In this document: positions 58,001-64,000 of the stretch, piece by piece
How the letters are laid out: the number at the start of each line of letters is the position of its first letter
Numbering within the stretch: the stretch's first letter is position 1
Source of the DNA: Balanoglossus misakiensis
Lineage: Eukaryota; Animalia; Hemichordata
Assembly: GCA_040954595.2 (NCBI GenBank)
Contig: CM082584.2
Coordinates: 7,583,919-7,647,918, forward strand
DNA length: 64,000 nt
Direction of reading: 5' to 3'
The notes under the pieces: model-generated
What the model saw: only the letters and a program-made list of their open reading frames with translations
The model's database searches: none
What the model was told of the DNA's origin: nothing
Made by a program: the position numbers and the translations under genes

Positions 58001-61000
58001 TGAAGCCCATAGACTTGGAGCAAGTCTAGCACAGCCCCAAAAGACTCACCTGAGCATGAGACACTCCTGGTTTCCCCCGTGGTTGTTTGGCTCGCCAGAA
58101 TCCCAGTTGAAGTACTCCATTTCTTCCCCGTTGACTGTCTGCCAGACGTTTCTCCCTTTGGGATAGCGTCTGCCGTCGAAGTGGAACGACGGGTGGTTGT
58201 CCAGACCCAGGCTCTTCAAATACCCGACTAAGTATTCGTGCGTCTCGCGGTTCAGTATCTTCGCCAGGGACATGCCGTGACCGTGGCAAATTTCCTTGGC
58301 TGTCTCCATGTCCGTCTTCATTATGAACGGTGTGTACGCAAAATCGCTGGGAGGGCGCCCTGTAACACGAAAGTAGCAGATGTTTTTCGGTCGGTCAGCA
58401 GACTACATTTTCCAGGTCATTTTTTACTGGTGCGAGGTAGTTTAAGTTTATCACCGACGCAGATATTTAAAAACAACTGAAAACGTCTTGAAATGGCTTT
58501 TGTCTAAATCCATAACTACTAGTAATTTTACTATACTTACCGTATCCGTTTTCTTGGTGGCAATTCTCTTCATCTACGCAAACGCACTTTCTACTAATGC
58601 ATCTCTGGGGGGAGAAAACAACACAAATGATTTTTATGTTGCTATGTTTTCAAAACAGTGATTTGATCCAGTTGGCGGCATATTTTTGATTGTCTGTTAT
58701 TAAATGATACTAAAACATACAGAGGGGCAAAATTCGACTTTCAGGTAATAATAACACGTTATACATAATCGCTAAAGCGTTGCATACCTTTCCCGGGCCA
58801 CATGCGGTCCCTTCCAAGGACCAATCCCAGAATGGACAAGTACCGTCGTCAAAACCACAATACATGAGACATTCGGCTCCCTCTTTGTAGTTCTGCAGAA
58901 ATTGTCAAAGAAAGTATTTTTCTTTTGCGTTAGGTGTTGGAAATTCGCCGGTGCGCGCGTGTGTGCATGCCAAACGTGCGAATTTTGTACAAGAAAGCCA
59001 AAACGACAACCTCCAAATATGCAAATTACGGCATGACACGTAAACACGTTTCTGTTCGTGTACGCCGGTTCCCATGCACTCATTACCTGCACCAGTTGCG
59101 TTTTCCAGGGGCACTCTCCGTAGCTGTGCGTAAGGCCGATGGCTTTGCATTGCTGGTCGGGCGGGAAAACTTGCCCTGCCAAGACACGCTTGCCTTCGAA
59201 TCCCGGCCAGGGCCATGTCGTCACCTCGCTCGGTTTATCAAGAACGCATCGGGGAGGATCGCTGGAACATATACAAGCGTTTAGAAAGATTCAGTCATTT
59301 CCCAAAATAATGTGTGCGTACTGTGTATACGAGTATTTTGAGATCACCGCACATGAGCGCTGGTTCGCTGTCGCTGTGAAAGACACCCCCCTGTCCAAAG
59401 AAACAACGGGCCTTTATCATTTGCGTTGAACGTAAATAGAGCATACTAGTACTTTGCCATACCACGGCACGATATACCATATACAGCACATATACCGGTA
59501 ACTATGTCTTTGGATATATAAGTAAATTGGTGTGAACGATTTCACCGTGATTTGGAACGGCCTTCACACGAGTTTACAACACAAATTACCTGAAGTAATT
59601 TCGAAGCTCTTCTCGGTTACATTGCGTTACTTTTATAAACCCGCCAGACATGTATCCAAGCTCTGTTGATCCGGGACATTTTTCAGAATCGTGATTCATA
59701 CCAAGCCTGCGAAAAGATAAAAACAACAAAACAAATTAATAGAATACTCGTGGTGATATTATACACATTTTCTTAAAACATGTTTAGATTTGATAAGACA
59801 CCTGAATATGTCACGCATCATAGACTTACGAGTGTCCTATTTCGTGGCCCAAGCACCTCACTGCTTTGTAGGTTGGACAGAGGGCGGCACCCCCGCACAT
59901 TGCTGCTATTTGACCAAGCCCGCCAACATCGTCGTTATCCCACTTTGTGCTGCAAGGAAGGAAGGTATAAACAATAAGTAAATATTGCAAATTTCATAAT
60001 GGGTTATTGATTCAAATAAACTGCTTCCAGTCCAGGTTCTGAACATAAGCTTTCGACTGGGATTATCACCATCACCATCGGCAAAAACGCATACCAGATG
60101 TTTATAGCAACAACAACAACAATGGGTTTTTAGTGACCCAAGAGTGTTACTTACTCAGTAAAAAAGAACGAATAGTCGAAGTGCAGAGGACTGTTCTCGT
60201 CGTCCACATTGATCTTCCTGGCCCACTGCGTGAAAAGGCTCAGTCGATCGTATACGTCTGGCGCAACGTCCAGGAAAGGTTGACACTGCAGATGGAACGG
60301 GAAAGACGTGAATAAGTACAAGATAAGTGATCAGCATAACGAAATTAGCATATTCCTCTTTACACCGTACAGCTGCGTTTCCACAGCGATGAATCCGCAT
60401 GCCCTCGTCCCCTTGTCTGAAGAACGGCTCGAATCAAGTCAGAAAAACCAATCATCGTGCAATTGTGACAAAACGGTGGGGGGGGGGATCAAATTTGAAT
60501 CGTGGGGAGATATTTACCGTGTCTTGGTCGACGAGGATGAGTCGCACCAGTCGGAGGTTCAGGTCAATCTCTTCCATGGACGGATGTTTGTAAGTTGTCG
60601 CAACCTGTTGTACACAGACAATGAAGCATTTAGCAAGCTCTTTGACAACATACAGACCACTTTGACTGTCACACCGCGCCATTCGTCTCGAACAGAAAGT
60701 TCATCAAACAGAGGCCATGACCCAGAGCAAACTTAACAGCGTGTTGGGGCAGTTAGCATTATTTAAACTATTTTGTACCCGTCTCACATTCTAACAATTG
60801 TAATGCGCCCTCAACCCCAGCTCCATAATACACCCATCTTACCAGGTTCATCATAGCCAATGTGAGCGGCACGGTGTCGTTCCCCCACTTCTCCATAGCG
60901 GCTTTGTCGAGGGCGACCATCACTTCCGGGTAAAGTGGCTGCGTCACACGCTTCGGTTCGCCGTCTCGAAGTGTGCCGCTGGATGAAGCTTTCTTGACCG

Positions 61001-62718
61001 CGACGCCTGGTAGAACGAATAATGCCATGTAAGTTGAGTGGAATTAAATCCGACGGGAATAATTGTAAATTGCCCCGGGCAAAGTAAGCGTATCCTAGTC
61101 CATTATTTTTCATCAGAATAAGCACACGCGTCAAATATGTTTAGTAAGTAGACTTAGTCTGAACTTTAAAAGTTTGTGTCATAATTGTCATCGTCATCAT
61201 CATCATCACCATCATCATCATCATCGTCATCGTCATCATCATCGTCATCATCATCACCATCGAACTAACCTGCAGGTGGCGACAGGCTCTTAAACACTGA
61301 CGCGTCAAAGTTGTCGTCAAGCTTGAAAGCTATGTGAGGTGTCTCGCCATTATCCGTGCTGCGGACGGAACGCACTGAACGCCTATGCTCTTCTCGGATT
61401 GGTTGCAGAAAAAGGGTGTAGTCACCAATAAGCCAACCACGCTGTAAGCGAAAATAGCGAGTATTGATTATGGCTAAATTAGGGAGTGTCGATCGTATTA
61501 GTAGATAAATATATAGGGAGTGTCGATCATAGCTTAAATAGCCGAAATAGGGCGTGTCGGACATAACTAACGAGGACACGAGGTAATGCTTCTTTGGGCC
61601 AATCCCAATCATTGTAACGGCGAAATAGAGCCATAAAGAAGTGAATTCTTGTAAGTAACTGACAAGCTCTGTGGTTGGCCACTGGAGCACGTCACTTCAT
61701 ATGTGGCCCAATTAACGTCATGAATAGTCGTATTTACCACGTCATTGCCGTCACAGGCTTTCAACGCCACGAGCGAACTTTCGACGTCCGGCAGGTAGCC
61801 GCTGAGAAAGCACGTCTTATCCTGGTCCACTGGAAACGCATCCCAACGTATGCCGCCGTCGCCGCAGTACTCAACGAATGGCGCGTCGAAAAAATCTGAC
61901 GATGAATAAAGAAAATGTTCAAATATAAATTTCAGTGGTGGGCTTGGTAGTTCAAAACAAAGTCGATGAAATAGAATTGTAGTCTTCAGACGTAATCGCT
62001 GAAAGCATGCGAGTTTAATACTAATGCAAATTCGGAGTCAGTGTGCGGAAGGGGAGTGCATGGTGATTATTGTCCCATGCTGAAGAAAACAGCATAGGCC
62101 TGTACACAATAATGCTCAAGCCTTACCTCCACTACGCTTCAAACGGAGATTGAATGTGTCGCCGAACGCTTCAATTGTCATGTGACTTGACTCCGACTCG
62201 TCCAACACGCCGTCTCTTCTCCATCGGTGACTGGTTCTCGGGTAAACGATGTCGTATTTCGTGGGAACTTGGATGGGAAGAGAGAAAAAGTCGTGTGTTA
62301 TACTCAACTAACAGACGATTCCTTGGCGTTGTCGGTATTTAACGAAACAGTAAATACGAATTAGACGATTGCTTACGTTGAGGACAAAAATGTTGTATTG
62401 TTCTTACCAGAGCTGTGACCACTCCGTTCTGCGTATTCCTTAACAACGTGATTTGGAAGTATCTGTAAAAAAAGGACAAAAGGAGCATACATGGTGATTT
62501 TTCGGCTACTCTGTGACGAGCACTGGTATTACAAATCATCATTTGGTTTACTGCGGAACACAGCAATAAGTACATCATAAGTCACGAGGCTGAAAAATAC
62601 GGCAGGCATCGCCTTGCGAGAGAGCGGATCCACGAACAGACAATTTGGCCTGAAACTTTACCTGCGATTCGGTCAGTTGTATCGCCAGCAAGACGAGTAA
62701 GCCCAACGGGAACACCAT
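52083..62718 (-). CDS. Secreted mosaic ADAMTS-like M12B metalloprotease: signal peptide, prodomain, Zn protease, disintegrin-like Cys-rich domain, C-type lectin, 5 pentraxin-like domains, 2 SUEL lectin domains (about 1,801 aa, 22 exons)
   Basis: Exons 62718-62662, 62462-62408, 62267-62127, 61895-61738, 61441-61270, 61006-60843, 60604-60518, 60285-60155, 59949-59830, 59706-59590, 59261-59087, 58892-58788, 58604-58541, 58359-58050, 57496-57432, 57161-56535, 56253-55684, 55336-54767, 54574-53999, 53762-53193, 52929-52636, 52360-52083. They sum to 5406 nt and stay open throughout. Motifs: HEIGHSLGMNHD with Met-turn GYMS; GQVFPPDQQC and EGTACGPGKRC; WDSGEPNNHGGNQEC; HxCV[ST]W; ANFGR/SNYGR and FGDPCPGxQKYL. 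Confidence 0.9.
61188..61261. repeat. Imperfect (CAT/CGT/CAC)n microsatellite
   Basis: Intronic trinucleotide run next to the donor at 61269. Confidence 0.9.
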
Positions 62719-62774
62719 CTTCCCCCAAACTTTTCCCCCGGACTCAAGTGAGCCTCTTTGCTCCAGGTAGGCTG

Positions 62775-62782
62775 TATATATA
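62775..62782 (-). promoter_or_regulatory. TATA box of the mosaic protease gene
   Basis: TATATATA about 60 bp upstream of the ATG at 62718. Confidence 0.55.
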
Positions 62783-64000
62783 GCCAAGTGTTGAATAGCT
62801 CCACAGGTGACAAACGACAAGTTTTGAATGGTTCCATGGGTGACGTGCGATCGATGCAAATTATCCGGCGCAGTCATTGACGTTGTTAATTGCGACAGTG
62901 CGTTGAAATGCTAAAACTGAATTTCGGAGGGAGATTTCATTTCAAAACAACATGTGAAAAAAATCCCTGGGGAACATTGTTATGTAAATTTTCTATTCAC
63001 AAGCCATTGTTCTAATTACATGTATTATTCAATCACACACTTTAGTAATTCTCAAACTGTCCATTTTGACATACCAATCTTCGGCCGCGTTCCCATTGGC
63101 CAAATTCAAACTGTAACTCATTCTCGCACATCTGGAGAAATTTTGGCGCCGCATTTGTGGCATTTTTACTTAGCATATATAATTATAGACATTCCGAGGA
63201 CAAACGAAGGCTCATTATTATCGTTGATGAGTCCGTGGTAAGCTTACTATAGTGTCTTTTCATGGTATTCGACTCAAAAGTTAATTTGATTCACAAGTCA
63301 CCCTGTCGACGATGGGAGGCTCAATATCGTCGATTTAGATGTAAGCTTCTCTTTTCATGTGTTAATGTTACCGCTTGTTACGTACTACAGGCGAGAATAC
63401 ACTGCATAAACTGTGTGTGTTTATGTTTCCAAAGCTTTCAAACTCCGATGTGTAGAATAGCTTGCAAAATACTTTAGTTTTGCAACTCCTTTGCAAAGGG
63501 ACCGATGGTCTTGAGATGCAATAAACAATACTATTGGTGGTGGAGGCCCATTACCGTTGATTCTCTCTCGTTAGCTTAATTAATTAACGGGCCACTGATG
63601 ATCGCTGATTTCAAGTCAGCCAGCCAGTGAACCAATCACATTTACAATAGCCATTCAAGACGAAGTCATTGTTAACAGTGATTGATTGTCTCGGTTGTTT
63701 TGCGCTGTCTTCTTCAAGATTACTTTCTGACATTATTTCCAAAGTAATGCCAAACAAAGTTGCTGAAAGCTGGCCACAAATTCTGATCTCGGCAAGAGCT
63801 TGCTGTGTACAATGTGACGTCAATTTGTTTATTTATTTGTACAGCTTTGAATTATATGACATATGTCCATAAATACTGCCACAAAACACGTATTTAGATA
63901 CGGCGTATGTTGGCCTGACCTGATTTTAGGTAAATGACGTCAATTTGAACTGGGTCACCTCCGACTCAACCCAGGAGTCTCAGGTCATCATGCTCAGTCT

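Noticed and set aside
59590-59706. Possible in-frame stop or pseudogenisation in the protease catalytic exon
   Set aside because: Careful reading gives an open frame (LGMNHDSEKCPGSTELGYMSGGF...), and the total CDS length is a multiple of 3.
47781-62718. Functional coupling of the SULT with the neighbouring anion-binding-like protease
   Set aside because: Only adjacency supports it. A cytosolic-type SULT would not sulfate extracellular glycans, and neighbouring animal genes are usually unrelated.

Overview
Gene-dense, intron-rich animal genomic DNA. It looks like a marine invertebrate bilaterian, plausibly a deuterostome, but the taxon cannot be fixed from sequence alone. I assembled eight protein-coding genes by hand from GT-AG splice sites, and the exon sums keep frame. 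In order: the 3' part of a MAST kinase (+), DIMT1 (+), a collagen-C1q gene nested antisense in DIMT1 intron 7, MIER (-), DNAI4/WDR78 (+, head-to-head with MIER), a His-rich two-TM Pro/Gln-rich LPxY membrane protein (-), a cytosolic-type sulfotransferase with a hydrophobic loop insertion (+), and a 22-exon, ~1,800-aa secreted mosaic protein (-). The mosaic protein is the most striking object. It has an ADAMTS-like zinc protease with no thrombospondin repeats, followed by an EPN C-type lectin, five pentraxin-like domains whose Ca-binding acidic motif is replaced by Lys/Trp, and two SUEL lectin domains. DNAI4 carries an apparent pair of mutually exclusive 76-nt exons and candidate microexons. Several MITE families are present; one has both filled and empty sites inside the window.
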